From positions 12,373 to 76,372 of the IMG/VR virus record IMGVR_UViG_3300021387_001066: a stretch of 64,000 nucleotides of DNA. One strand, 5' to 3'. Source of the DNA: a virus. Taxonomy: Duplodnaviria; Caudoviricetes. Below the pieces are notes generated by a model. That model did no database searches. It was not told the DNA's origin and saw nothing but the letters and a program-made list of their open reading frames with translations. Positions 9,558 through 17,680 of the stretch are shown in pieces; within the stretch, counting starts at the first letter, position 1; every line of letters starts with the position of its first letter. Position numbers and translations under genes: made by a program.

Positions 9558-10001
9558 ATGATTAAAGAACTGATTAACAAGCTGTTTAAGAAACCAGATA
9601 ATTCTGTGTCATTCAAAAGTGGTATGGATTTGACTGGATTGCCAGTAGTAACATTGTACCAAGGAGAGAAAAAGCTTAACTTCCTTCTTGATACAGGCTC
9701 TTCTGACAGTATCATTGATACTAATATCTTAGACAGTATAGACTATACAAAGAGCGACTATCATAATACTCTTATGGGCATGGAGGGAGAGCAAAAGGTT
9801 GTCCCTTTGTGCTTAATAACCTTAACCTATAACAACAAAGATTATGAGTTTGCTTATCTTCAGAATGATATGAAGAAAGTATTTGGTCATATCAAGAAGG
9901 CTAGTGGGGTTACACTTCATGGTATTCTTGGTTCTAACTTTTTCAACCAATTTAAGTATATTTTGGATTTCAACGAGCTGATTGCATATAGCAAAGCATG
10001 A
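9558..10001 (+). CDS. retropepsin-like aspartyl protease
   Basis: FLLDTGSS catalytic motif and GILGSNFF motif. Confidence 0.85.
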   Translation: MIKELINKLFKKPDNSVSFKSGMDLTGLPVVTLYQGEKKLNFLLDTGSSDSIIDTNILDSIDYTKSDYHNTLMGMEGEQKVVPLCLITLTYNNKDYEFAYLQNDMKKVFGHIKKASGVTLHGILGSNFFNQFKYILDFNELIAYSKA

Positions 10002-12058
10002 TATTTTTGGTGACAAAACAGCAGGAACTCTTTGACAGAGAAGACTATACCATCATCTCTGTTGAGGAGTCCTTGCAACTAATGAAAGATTGGAAAGTTA
10101 TTCAACTTGATTCAGAGACCTCAGGAAGGGATGCCCACTTGTGTGACTTCCTCTGTGTTCAATTTGGCAATGACGCTGCTGATGCAAGAATTGTAGTTGA
10201 TTGCTCTACAATAAACATCAAACTCTATAAAAATAAACTCGAAAGTACCCTGTGTATACTTCAGAATGCAAAATTTGATTTGCAGTTCTTTTTCAATTAT
10301 GGTATTATCCTTAGAAAGATATATGATACCATGATTGTAGAGCAGTTAATCTATCTTGGATGGCCAGCAGGACAGATCTCCTATGCACTTAATGCCATTG
10401 CAGACAGAAGGCTGAATATCAATATTGATAAGACAGTCAGAGGAGAAATTGTTTGGAGAGGCTTGGATTCTTCTGTAATCAACTATGCTGCTGGAGATGT
10501 TACATACCTTGAGAAGATAATGTGGTCACAGGTAGAAGATCTTAAGAAGCTGAATATGTTGAATGCTGCAAAGTTAGAGTGTGATTTTATTCCTTCTCTT
10601 GCTTATATGGAATGGTGTGGCATTCTTCTTGACAGGGAAAAATGGATGCTTAAGATGAAAAATGATCAGAAAGCCTTAAAAGTAGCAAAGGAAAAACTTG
10701 ATTTATTTGTAACATCTAATCCAATCTACAAGAAATATACTTATGTAAATCTTCAGGGAGATTTGTTCTCAGGCTTTGATAGTACTCCAAAGTGTACCAT
10801 TAATTGGGATAGTCCTTCGCAGGTAACAGCATTCTTTAAACTTTTAGGATTTAATACAGCTGTGCAAGATAAGAAGACAGGTGAAGATAAGGATAGTGTA
10901 CTTGAGAAGGTTCTTAAGGGTCAAAAGGGAATTAATGATGAGTTCCTCAATATATATTTTGACTATAAGGAACATTCTAAGGTATGCAGTACTTATGGGC
11001 AGGGCCATCTTAATATGATTAATCCAAAGACTGGAAGAATACATACTGTATTTAAACAGCTTGGTGCAGCATCTGGAAGACTTTCATGTGGCTCAAAGCA
11101 GCCTAATGAAGATTTAGCCAAGGCAAATAAGGTACTTCCAAAAGACTGCACATATTGTAATCTCCAACAGCTTCCAGCAGATGAGCCTACCAGAAGCTCT
11201 TTTGTAGCCCCAGAAGGATATATGTTTGTGTCTGCAGACTTCTCTGCAGAAGAAAGCAGACTAGGAGCTGATATATATCAAGATAAGGAATTCTTGAAAG
11301 AGTTCAAGGAAGGTTCTGGAGATACCCATAATATGTTTGCATGGATTGTATATAATAAAGAATGCAGAGAATTAGGCTGCAAGGATGCTACAGAAGTTAA
11401 GAAGAAAGCTCCTCAATGGAGAAAGAAAGTAAAAGGCTTTGAGTTTGGATATATGTTTGGAGCTGCGGCACCTACATTGGCAGCTACAGCAGGGTGCTCT
11501 GTTGAAGAAGCACAAGCCGTTGTAGATAAACTTGATAAGGCTTTTGAAGGAATGACTGCATTTGCTAAGAAAGGTGCTGAGTTTGTAAGAAGTCATGGTT
11601 ATATTATCATCAACCCTACTACTGGACATAGGCTTAACTGGTGGGATTGGAATGAGTGGAAGGAAAGACAGAAGAGATATAATGAACCTGGTTTCTGGGA
11701 AGATTTTAAGGTAAATCATAAAGGAACAGGTGATGCTGTGGCTCTTGAGGTAAGACATCATTTCCAAGCGGCTAGCAAATATGATAGGCTTGCAAGGAAT
11801 GTAGTAACTCAAGGTACTGGGGCAATAATACTCAAATCTGCTATGACTACCTTGTTTAATTGGATTGTGGATAATGCTTATTTTAATATTATCCATATCT
11901 GTGTGGCTGTCCATGATGAGATAAACTGTGATTATCCAGAGTATGTAAAAGATTTTCCTGATACTCTTGAGACTATTATGGAAAATGCAGCAGGTAAGTA
12001 CTGTAAAAGCCTCCCTATACCAGCAGAAGCTTCTGTTGAGAAGTTTTGGGTACATTAA
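9998..12058 (+). CDS. polA: family A DNA polymerase (3'-5' exonuclease and polymerase domains; no 5' nuclease domain)
   Basis: ExoI LDSETSG, NAKFDL and YAAGDV; TGRIH; motif A SADFSAEESR; motif B RKKVKGFEFGYMFG; QGTGA; motif C VHDEI. Confidence 0.95.
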   Translation: MIFLVTKQQELFDREDYTIISVEESLQLMKDWKVIQLDSETSGRDAHLCDFLCVQFGNDAADARIVVDCSTINIKLYKNKLESTLCILQNAKFDLQFFFNYGIILRKIYDTMIVEQLIYLGWPAGQISYALNAIADRRLNINIDKTVRGEIVWRGLDSSVINYAAGDVTYLEKIMWSQVEDLKKLNMLNAAKLECDFIPSLAYMEWCGILLDREKWMLKMKNDQKALKVAKEKLDLFVTSNPIYKKYTYVNLQGDLFSGFDSTPKCTINWDSPSQVTAFFKLLGFNTAVQDKKTGEDKDSVLEKVLKGQKGINDEFLNIYFDYKEHSKVCSTYGQGHLNMINPKTGRIHTVFKQLGAASGRLSCGSKQPNEDLAKANKVLPKDCTYCNLQQLPADEPTRSSFVAPEGYMFVSADFSAEESRLGADIYQDKEFLKEFKEGSGDTHNMFAWIVYNKECRELGCKDATEVKKKAPQWRKKVKGFEFGYMFGAAAPTLAATAGCSVEEAQAVVDKLDKAFEGMTAFAKKGAEFVRSHGYIIINPTTGHRLNWWDWNEWKERQKRYNEPGFWEDFKVNHKGTGDAVALEVRHHFQAASKYDRLARNVVTQGTGAIILKSAMTTLFNWIVDNAYFNIIHICVAVHDEINCDYPEYVKDFPDTLETIMENAAGKYCKSLPIPAEASVEKFWVH

Positions 12059-12068
12059 ACCGCTATTT

Positions 12069-12329
12069 ATGGAATTGATTAGATCACTAAAGGAGAGGCA
12101 CAAGGCTTCTCAGAGAAATGATATTTGGCAAAGGGCTGAAAGCACTATTACACTAGATGACTTTGATAACAGCTTATACATTGCCTATAATGGAGTACCT
12201 CTTGTTCCCATTGAGAATGACTGGACTCCAGAAAAGATAATAAACAAGCTCTCTGAGCTTCGTACTAACTATGTAAAGGCTATGACCACTGAGCATAAGA
12301 TGCCTCAGATGGTTGCAGCCTTGCTTTAA
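12069..12329 (+). CDS. hypothetical protein
   Basis: In-frame ATG at 12069, just after the polA stop (MELIRSLKERH...). Confidence 0.65.
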   Translation: MELIRSLKERHKASQRNDIWQRAESTITLDDFDNSLYIAYNGVPLVPIENDWTPEKIINKLSELRTNYVKAMTTEHKMPQMVAALL

Positions 12330-12342
12330 AACAATTAAGACT

Positions 12343-12777
12343 ATGTTAATAGAGGTAAAAGCAAAGGTAAGCCGTAATATTGATGGCAAGACCAAGAAAA
12401 GACAAGAAACATTCCTTACGGATAAGGAGTTCTTTTCAGAAGCAGAATTCAAAGTTACTGAAACTCTTACTGAAGAGCAGGACAGCAAGCTTGTAGAGAG
12501 TTTTGAAATCACTTCCCTCAGGCAGTCTCCAATCAAGGAGATTGCTTCACAATATGCAGGGGAGTTCTCTTACATAGCATCTTTCAAGGATACCTTTGTA
12601 GGTGATGATGGTACAGAGAAACCTATTAAGTATAAGGTACTTCTCTGGGCTAATAGTCTTACAGAGGCTCTAGATAGGACAAATGAGCTTGCAAAGCAGG
12701 GATATGATATGACTGTAGAAGGATTAAAGGAAGTAGACTATGAGTATTTGGAAGAAGGAGGAACAGACAATGGGTGA
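12343..12777 (+). CDS. DUF4494-like protein
   Basis: Two-repeat architecture (..FSEAE..V; ..LLWANSLTEA..) resembles Bacteroidota DUF4494 as recalled. Confidence 0.6.
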   Translation: MLIEVKAKVSRNIDGKTKKRQETFLTDKEFFSEAEFKVTETLTEEQDSKLVESFEITSLRQSPIKEIASQYAGEFSYIASFKDTFVGDDGTEKPIKYKVLLWANSLTEALDRTNELAKQGYDMTVEGLKEVDYEYLEEGGTDNG

Positions 12778-13036
12778 ACTTGAGAACTGCAACTTTGAAG
12801 ATAATAGGGTTGAACATCCATCTCATTATCTCTGGTTGAAGGAAAAATGTGGCATTGAGGTCATTGATATTGCCAGACACATGAACTTTGATCTTGGGAA
12901 CTGTATTAAGTATATCCTCAGAAGTGGGCATAAAACTGAGTCTGGAATGACTGCAAGGGAAAAGCAGATTGAAGACCTCAAGAAAGCAAGATTCTATATT
13001 AACGATGAAATTGAAAGATTGGAGAAAGAAGTATGA
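12770..13036 (+). CDS. DUF3310 / T7 gp1.7-like protein (putative nucleotide kinase)
   Basis: VEHPSHY, IEVIDI, GNCIKYILRSG and EDLKKARFY motifs. Confidence 0.85.
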   Translation: MGELENCNFEDNRVEHPSHYLWLKEKCGIEVIDIARHMNFDLGNCIKYILRSGHKTESGMTAREKQIEDLKKARFYINDEIERLEKEV

Positions 13037-13413
13037 AAGACAGAGATTACTATCCCGCAGGAGCCTATAATGATCCTTATGCACCGTATAATTGGCCAGA
13101 GAATGATCCAGAAGAATTTGACTGTTTTGTATCCCAAACATTAAGCAAGACAACAGGTATATTTACAGACCAGTATATTGCAGAATGGGATGGGGAGCAA
13201 GGTGTGGACTATGACCTTTCTGAAGTAGATTGGCCTAATGAGTACCATGCTAATGACCACTATACTCCCCTCCAACTTATTGAACTCTTCAAGAAGGAAC
13301 TTGAGAGTAAACTTGAACTTGCTGATAATCCAAAGGAGCAGAAGTGGTGTAAATTTATGATTGAGGAATGCAGTAATTGGACAGAAGATGAATGTGAAAT
13401 CTGTGGAGGGTAA
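13033..13413 (+). CDS. acidic hypothetical protein
   Basis: 126-aa ORF with ATGA overlap. Confidence 0.75.
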   Translation: MKDRDYYPAGAYNDPYAPYNWPENDPEEFDCFVSQTLSKTTGIFTDQYIAEWDGEQGVDYDLSEVDWPNEYHANDHYTPLQLIELFKKELESKLELADNPKEQKWCKFMIEECSNWTEDECEICGG

Positions 13414-13415
13414 AT

Positions 13416-13772
13416 ATGAGTAAGAGTATTGAATTAAGTCCAAAGCATGGGGTAAATCCAAGTGTTACCCACTGTGAATGCTGTGGTAAGGAAATAGGCA
13501 TTGCTATGTTTGGTAAGCTAAAGGATGATAAGGAAGCTCCAAGAGATGTGTATATGGGGCTTTGCGATGACTGCCAGAAGGTAGTCGATTCTGGAGGATT
13601 ACTGATTATAGAGGTGAGGGATGGTGAGAGTGGTACTAATCCATATAGGACTGGTAGGATAGTAGGTATTAAGAAGGAAGCCAAAGAAAGACTTTTCAAA
13701 GACTTAAAATCTTCCATGTGCTATATGGAAAACTCAATGTTTTCAAGACTTTTTGAGAACATAGCCTCTTGA
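13416..13772 (+). CDS. putative Zn-binding hypothetical protein
   Basis: CECCG...LCDDC cysteine pairs. Confidence 0.7.
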   Translation: MSKSIELSPKHGVNPSVTHCECCGKEIGIAMFGKLKDDKEAPRDVYMGLCDDCQKVVDSGGLLIIEVRDGESGTNPYRTGRIVGIKKEAKERLFKDLKSSMCYMENSMFSRLFENIAS

Positions 13773-13841
13773 AATCTAAGTAAATCATTTATTTTATTTA
13801 AAGTGTTTTTTAGTAGTGTTTTATAGGTATTATCTCTGAAG

Positions 13842-13849
13842 TATCTTTG
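13842..13849 (+). promoter_or_regulatory. Bacteroidota primary-sigma -7 promoter element (TATCTTTG)
   Basis: Exact TAnnTTTG match about 10 nt upstream of the first long helix of the non-coding region. Confidence 0.7.
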
Positions 13850-13855
13850 TAGTGT

Positions 13856-14395
13856 GAAACAAGTAGTCGCAGGCTTGATTCAGAGGACATAGTGAAATAG
13901 ACTGGCATAAGCCAACCCTATATTTGAGTTCCACATTAAGTACTGCATCTACTTAAGGGAACTCACGAGAGATTCCCTGTTAAGTACCTGCGACTACTTG
14001 ATAGGGAAAACTCTTTTATAGGGTTGGCCTTTTTTCACCGAGAACAATGGGCCCAGTGCCACAGCACTGATCACCTTAACTAGGCTTGAAACATAGCATA
14101 TAGAAGGTTAGACGTAGGGTTAGTAAGTACAGGTAGTGATACCAACATAGTACTGAGGTTAAAAGCTCATGCTCCTACAGGCCTGAAAATGTTCCAGGAT
14201 ATATGACTGTAGTGTCAGCTTTCTGTGGTTTGAGGGGTAAAGCTGGCCAGTGAGGTTTACAGGGTGAGAGTCCCAACAAAAAATGTCTTCTATGAATAGA
14301 GGAAATTGACCGCCTGCAGTTTAAGTCCTAAGGAGGAATGAAGAGTCAGATGTTTTTGCTCAGTTCTGCTGGGCAGGGAAAAACTATGTTCATTT
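13856..14395 (+). ncRNA. candidate large structured non-coding RNA (possibly two RNAs split at the T-run 14030-14035)
   Basis: No ORF of 60 aa or more in 13773-14431; upstream host-type promoter; about ten helices found by eye, including 14-bp and 12-bp perfect long-range pairs, a GNRA tetraloop (GTGA) and a T-loop-like GGGTGAGAGTCCC. Confidence 0.65.
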
Positions 14396-14431
14396 AACAA
14401 TTAAACTTTAAACAATTTAATATTTAATACT

Positions 14432-14878
14432 ATGAGCAGTTACTTAAATTTCTATTTAGTCCCTAAGAAGAAAGAAGGTCAATCTGAAGAGTCAGAACCT
14501 ATACATTTGATGAGCTACAGCAGAAATTCTGATGTGTACCAAAATTACTATGATTATCTAAATCCTGCCTATTATTCAGGTGCAGATGACAAAGTAAACT
14601 ACACAGAGCTTACTCCTCATGATGCCCAGTATGTGGTTGATAAGGCTAGGGAAGACCTCTTGAAGTCAGAGAAAAGCTTTGATGATATGGTTACTGCCTA
14701 TAAGAGCCTAGACAATCTTCCGAAGGACACTCTTGAAGACTATATATTAGACTATACTTCAAGAAAGCAATATATTGATGAGCTTAAGGATGGCATTAGA
14801 GAGCTTGAGTTTATTGCTGGTTTGGTTAAAGATTTGGAATTCTCTGGTTTTGAAAAGGTATTGATTAACATTGACTGA
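14432..14878 (+). CDS. hypothetical protein
   Basis: 148-aa ORF after a long AT-rich leader. Confidence 0.8.
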   Translation: MSSYLNFYLVPKKKEGQSEESEPIHLMSYSRNSDVYQNYYDYLNPAYYSGADDKVNYTELTPHDAQYVVDKAREDLLKSEKSFDDMVTAYKSLDNLPKDTLEDYILDYTSRKQYIDELKDGIRELEFIAGLVKDLEFSGFEKVLINID

Positions 14879-14879
14879 T

Positions 14880-15080
14880 ATGAAGACTGGAATTATTAAG
14901 GACTTTTCGCTGCCTAACAACTATATTACAGACAGCATTAACCTCTATAATACTCTTAGGGACTACTACAACAAGTATCCTTCAGAGAATACAGTGACTT
15001 TTGATGCATCAGGATATTCTAATCTTGAAAGTCTGAAGAATACACTTAAGAAGATAATCTATGGAGTAAAGGAGGATTAA
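14880..15080 (+). CDS. hypothetical protein
   Basis: In-frame ATG just after the previous stop. Confidence 0.6.
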   Translation: MKTGIIKDFSLPNNYITDSINLYNTLRDYYNKYPSENTVTFDASGYSNLESLKNTLKKIIYGVKED

Positions 15081-15081
15081 C

Positions 15082-15279
15082 ATGGGGATTGCATTCATGC
15101 TTCTGTTACTAGGTATTGCAGGAATAATGCTTATACATTATTCTTCTGTGGATATTTCATGCCCAAGATGTAAGAGTGATATGGAATATAAAGGAGATGT
15201 AGTTAAGCTTTCTAATGGCAAGAGGGTAGTAAAACACATGTACAAGTGCCCTCATTGTGGGGAAATTAAGACTGTTTGA
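15082..15279 (+). CDS. membrane-anchored Zn-ribbon protein
   Basis: N-terminal hydrophobic helix, then CPRC...CPHC. Confidence 0.7.
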   Translation: MGIAFMLLLLGIAGIMLIHYSSVDISCPRCKSDMEYKGDVVKLSNGKRVVKHMYKCPHCGEIKTV

Positions 15280-15674
15280 CTATGAATGTAGAACAATTTG
15301 AAGAACTGGAAAAGAGTCTTTATGATAGGGGTTATCGTAAGTATATTCAACATTGGAAACATGAAGATTATGTTATAGGATTGCCTCTTCATAAAGATGA
15401 CAATAAATGGGAAGAGGACAGATATGCATATCAGATACTACTGCATATCTATGACCATAGAAATTGGCCTTCAGAATTTAATGTACCTTCAGAAGAGAGG
15501 AACAAAGTTGGTATTGAAATAACCATTGATGTATCAAGAACTATAGATGAAAGGATGGAATTAGTCACTTCATGGGAAGATGATACTAAGATTGAGGATA
15601 TAGAAGATATGGCAGAAAAGTTTTATAGTTGGGTTCAAGAGATATATCCAGAACCAAGAATGGAGGAACTATAA
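15276..15674 (+). CDS. hypothetical protein
   Basis: 132-aa ORF within the operon. Confidence 0.75.
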   Translation: MTMNVEQFEELEKSLYDRGYRKYIQHWKHEDYVIGLPLHKDDNKWEEDRYAYQILLHIYDHRNWPSEFNVPSEERNKVGIEITIDVSRTIDERMELVTSWEDDTKIEDIEDMAEKFYSWVQEIYPEPRMEEL

Positions 15675-15675
15675 T

Positions 15676-16215
15676 GTGGGAAATAATTATATAGCCTATA
15701 GTGATGGGTCTGGGGATAACATGCATCCCAACAGACCTGGAGGTGCTGCCTACATCATCCTTGATGAGACAGGCAAGGTGTTGAGAAAAAGAGCTAAAGG
15801 ATGCATAAGCACTACTAACAATAGAATGGAATTGCTTGCCATAGTAAGCATCGTCAATGCCCTTCCAGCACATTCCTATGTGACAATCAATACTGATTCA
15901 GAGTATTGCATAAAAGCTCTTCGATCAAAGAATCCCAAGGCAAATCTAGACTTGATAGAGATGTATCATAAGATACGCAGTGATAAGAGTATCTGTGTTA
16001 ATCTTGTGTGGGTAAAGGGACACAGTGGTGTCAAGTATAATGAAGAGTGTGACAAGATGGCCAATGAAGCCTATCAAAAGGTGAGGGATGCATATTCTGC
16101 AAAACCTCATTGTAAAGATTTAAAAACCAGCAACAAACGTAAGAAGAAAAATGAAAGCACTAATAAAAGCAAAAAGAGAAGATGTGTACAATGCCCCAAT
16201 AATCCCTTGGAATAA
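15676..16215 (+). CDS. rnhA: ribonuclease HI with basic C-terminal extension
   Basis: YSDGSG, TNNRMELLAI, NTDSEY and WVKGHSGVKYNEECDKMA motifs (DEDD set intact). Confidence 0.92.
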   Translation: MGNNYIAYSDGSGDNMHPNRPGGAAYIILDETGKVLRKRAKGCISTTNNRMELLAIVSIVNALPAHSYVTINTDSEYCIKALRSKNPKANLDLIEMYHKIRSDKSICVNLVWVKGHSGVKYNEECDKMANEAYQKVRDAYSAKPHCKDLKTSNKRKKKNESTNKSKKRRCVQCPNNPLE

Positions 16216-16900
16216 TGGCACATATACACCACTTGCGAATAGTTATATAATGGACTTGATAGATACTAAAGTCCATGATTTAGGGCTGACTGTCAAGAAT
16301 GAAAATTATAAGGTTACTACTACTCAAGACGGGCTTATCAAAGGTGTTATTGGAGAGTATAACATTATAGCAGATGATGGTGAGTTTGGGCAGAAAGTGA
16401 TGTTCAGAAACTCCTATGACAAGTCAATGAGTTTTGCTTTTGTGGCAGGCACAATCGTTTGGGTGTGTACAAATGGCTGTGTATCAGGTGATTACCAATA
16501 TAAGAGAATTCATAAAGGTACTTTTGAGGATGGCGTAAGCTCCACTGAAGTTGATGTCATTGAGAATATTGAAGGTGGATTCAATATGCTTCAGAAGGCA
16601 TTTGAGCACAATGTAGGGCAGCTCAATGAGCTTAAGAAGGTAGAGATAGGCCCTGAGGATGCATTCAAGCTGCTTGGTGAATTATTCTTCATGAGAAAGG
16701 TAATAACGATTACTCAGATGGCAGTAATCAAGAAAGAGTTTGATGGGAGTAAGAACTTTAGGCATATAGATGACCCTCACTTCAGGGCATTTGACCTATA
16801 TAATCATATCACAGAGGCTCTGAAGCTTTCTCATCCAGCAAGCTACATTAATGACCATATAACCACTCACAGCTTATTTGAACAAACATTTCAGTTATGA
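16151..16900 (+). CDS. DUF932-family protein
   Basis: RNSYDKSMSF...VWVCTNG...RIHKG motif pattern. Confidence 0.7.
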   Translation: MKALIKAKREDVYNAPIIPWNNGTYTPLANSYIMDLIDTKVHDLGLTVKNENYKVTTTQDGLIKGVIGEYNIIADDGEFGQKVMFRNSYDKSMSFAFVAGTIVWVCTNGCVSGDYQYKRIHKGTFEDGVSSTEVDVIENIEGGFNMLQKAFEHNVGQLNELKKVEIGPEDAFKLLGELFFMRKVITITQMAVIKKEFDGSKNFRHIDDPHFRAFDLYNHITEALKLSHPASYINDHITTHSLFEQTFQL

Positions 16901-16953
16901 GAGATATAAAGTAAATTAAAGATATTGGCAAGTTGAAATAATTATTTTAAACT

Positions 16954-17238
16954 ATGTATACAGTAGAGATAAGACATCACTGTAAGACTTATACAAATGG
17001 TGATGCAGATTCAGAATTTAAGCTTATAGGGTCAAAGAATTTCAAGACCAGAACAGCTGGTAAGGAGTACATTGAAAATAAACTTAAATATAAAGATAAT
17101 GTAAGAAAGAAATGGCATAAAGGTGATGAGCCTAGCTATTGCTATTGGTTTACTGGAAACACTTGGCACAATGAGTGTACTGGTGAGATGGAAGATGAAT
17201 ACTATCAGTACAAACTAATGAAAACTAAGATAAACTAA
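16954..17238 (+). CDS. hypothetical protein
   Basis: 94-aa ORF. Confidence 0.7.
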   Translation: MYTVEIRHHCKTYTNGDADSEFKLIGSKNFKTRTAGKEYIENKLKYKDNVRKKWHKGDEPSYCYWFTGNTWHNECTGEMEDEYYQYKLMKTKIN

Positions 17239-17263
17239 ACTATTAATTTAAAATCAAAATTAT

Positions 17264-17428
17264 ATGTCACAACAAGCATTAAATTCAATTGAATTGTACA
17301 GAGGTAATAATCCTAGTACTATTGAGAAGGCGTTGTCTTTTCAGAAGAAGAGTGTAGTAGATGAACTGAAGGCACATTTTGGTGCAAGTGACAATCATGA
17401 GCTTGCTATCAAACTTTCAATGGCATGA
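17264..17428 (+). CDS. small hypothetical protein (54 aa; not in the ORF track)
   Basis: MSQQALNSIELYRGNNPSTIEKALSFQKKSVVDELKAHFGASDNHELAIKLSMA; A-rich leader; ATGA overlap with the next gene. Confidence 0.7.
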   Translation: MSQQALNSIELYRGNNPSTIEKALSFQKKSVVDELKAHFGASDNHELAIKLSMA

Positions 17429-17667
17429 AAATAGGGGGCACAATTACAGTGGAGGAACTTATTGAAGAGTTGAAAAAGTTTCCTGAAGATTTAGAAGTCT
17501 TAATGGCTATAAATGAAAGTTCTGGGTTCCCTGATGATCACATAGAAACATACCCCATAGAGGGTGTTTTTAGTGCAAATGTCAATGAGCCAAGCAATCC
17601 TCCATTTGAATGGTGGTATAAGATTGAAAGCAGCGATGATAAAGTGCTGCTGTATGTATTTCCTTAA
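17425..17667 (+). CDS. hypothetical protein
   Basis: 80-aa ORF (ITVEELIEELKKFPEDLEV). Confidence 0.65.
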   Translation: MKIGGTITVEELIEELKKFPEDLEVLMAINESSGFPDDHIETYPIEGVFSANVNEPSNPPFEWWYKIESSDDKVLLYVFP

Positions 17668-17680
17668 TAATTTTGGTACT

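Noticed and set aside
11372-12103. 243-aa antisense ORF inside polA, and other 60-180-aa antisense or alternate-frame ORFs inside RNAP, cargo, muzzle and MCP genes
   Set aside because: They fully overlap well-supported genes, have unnatural Ile/Ser/Phe-rich composition and no motifs, as expected from codon bias on the coding strand.
13860-14000. Group I intron core (TAGTC/GACTA P7-like pairing) or retron msr-msd
   Set aside because: P7 strands are in the wrong order, no gene is interrupted, and no reverse transcriptase is encoded in the window.
14066-14110. Hammerhead-like (CTGATCA...GAAAC) or twister-like (TTAACTAG...AAGG) ribozyme
   Set aside because: The hammerhead core would need a 3-8 base pair (here C-C) and stem II directly before GAAA; the twister pseudoknot partner and P4 are missing.
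13773-14431. tRNA, tmRNA or RNase P genes
   Set aside because: No cloverleaf with a GTTCRA T-arm and no tmRNA termini; GAGGAAATTGACC only loosely resembles the RNase P GAGGAAAGUCC and lacks the P4 partner.
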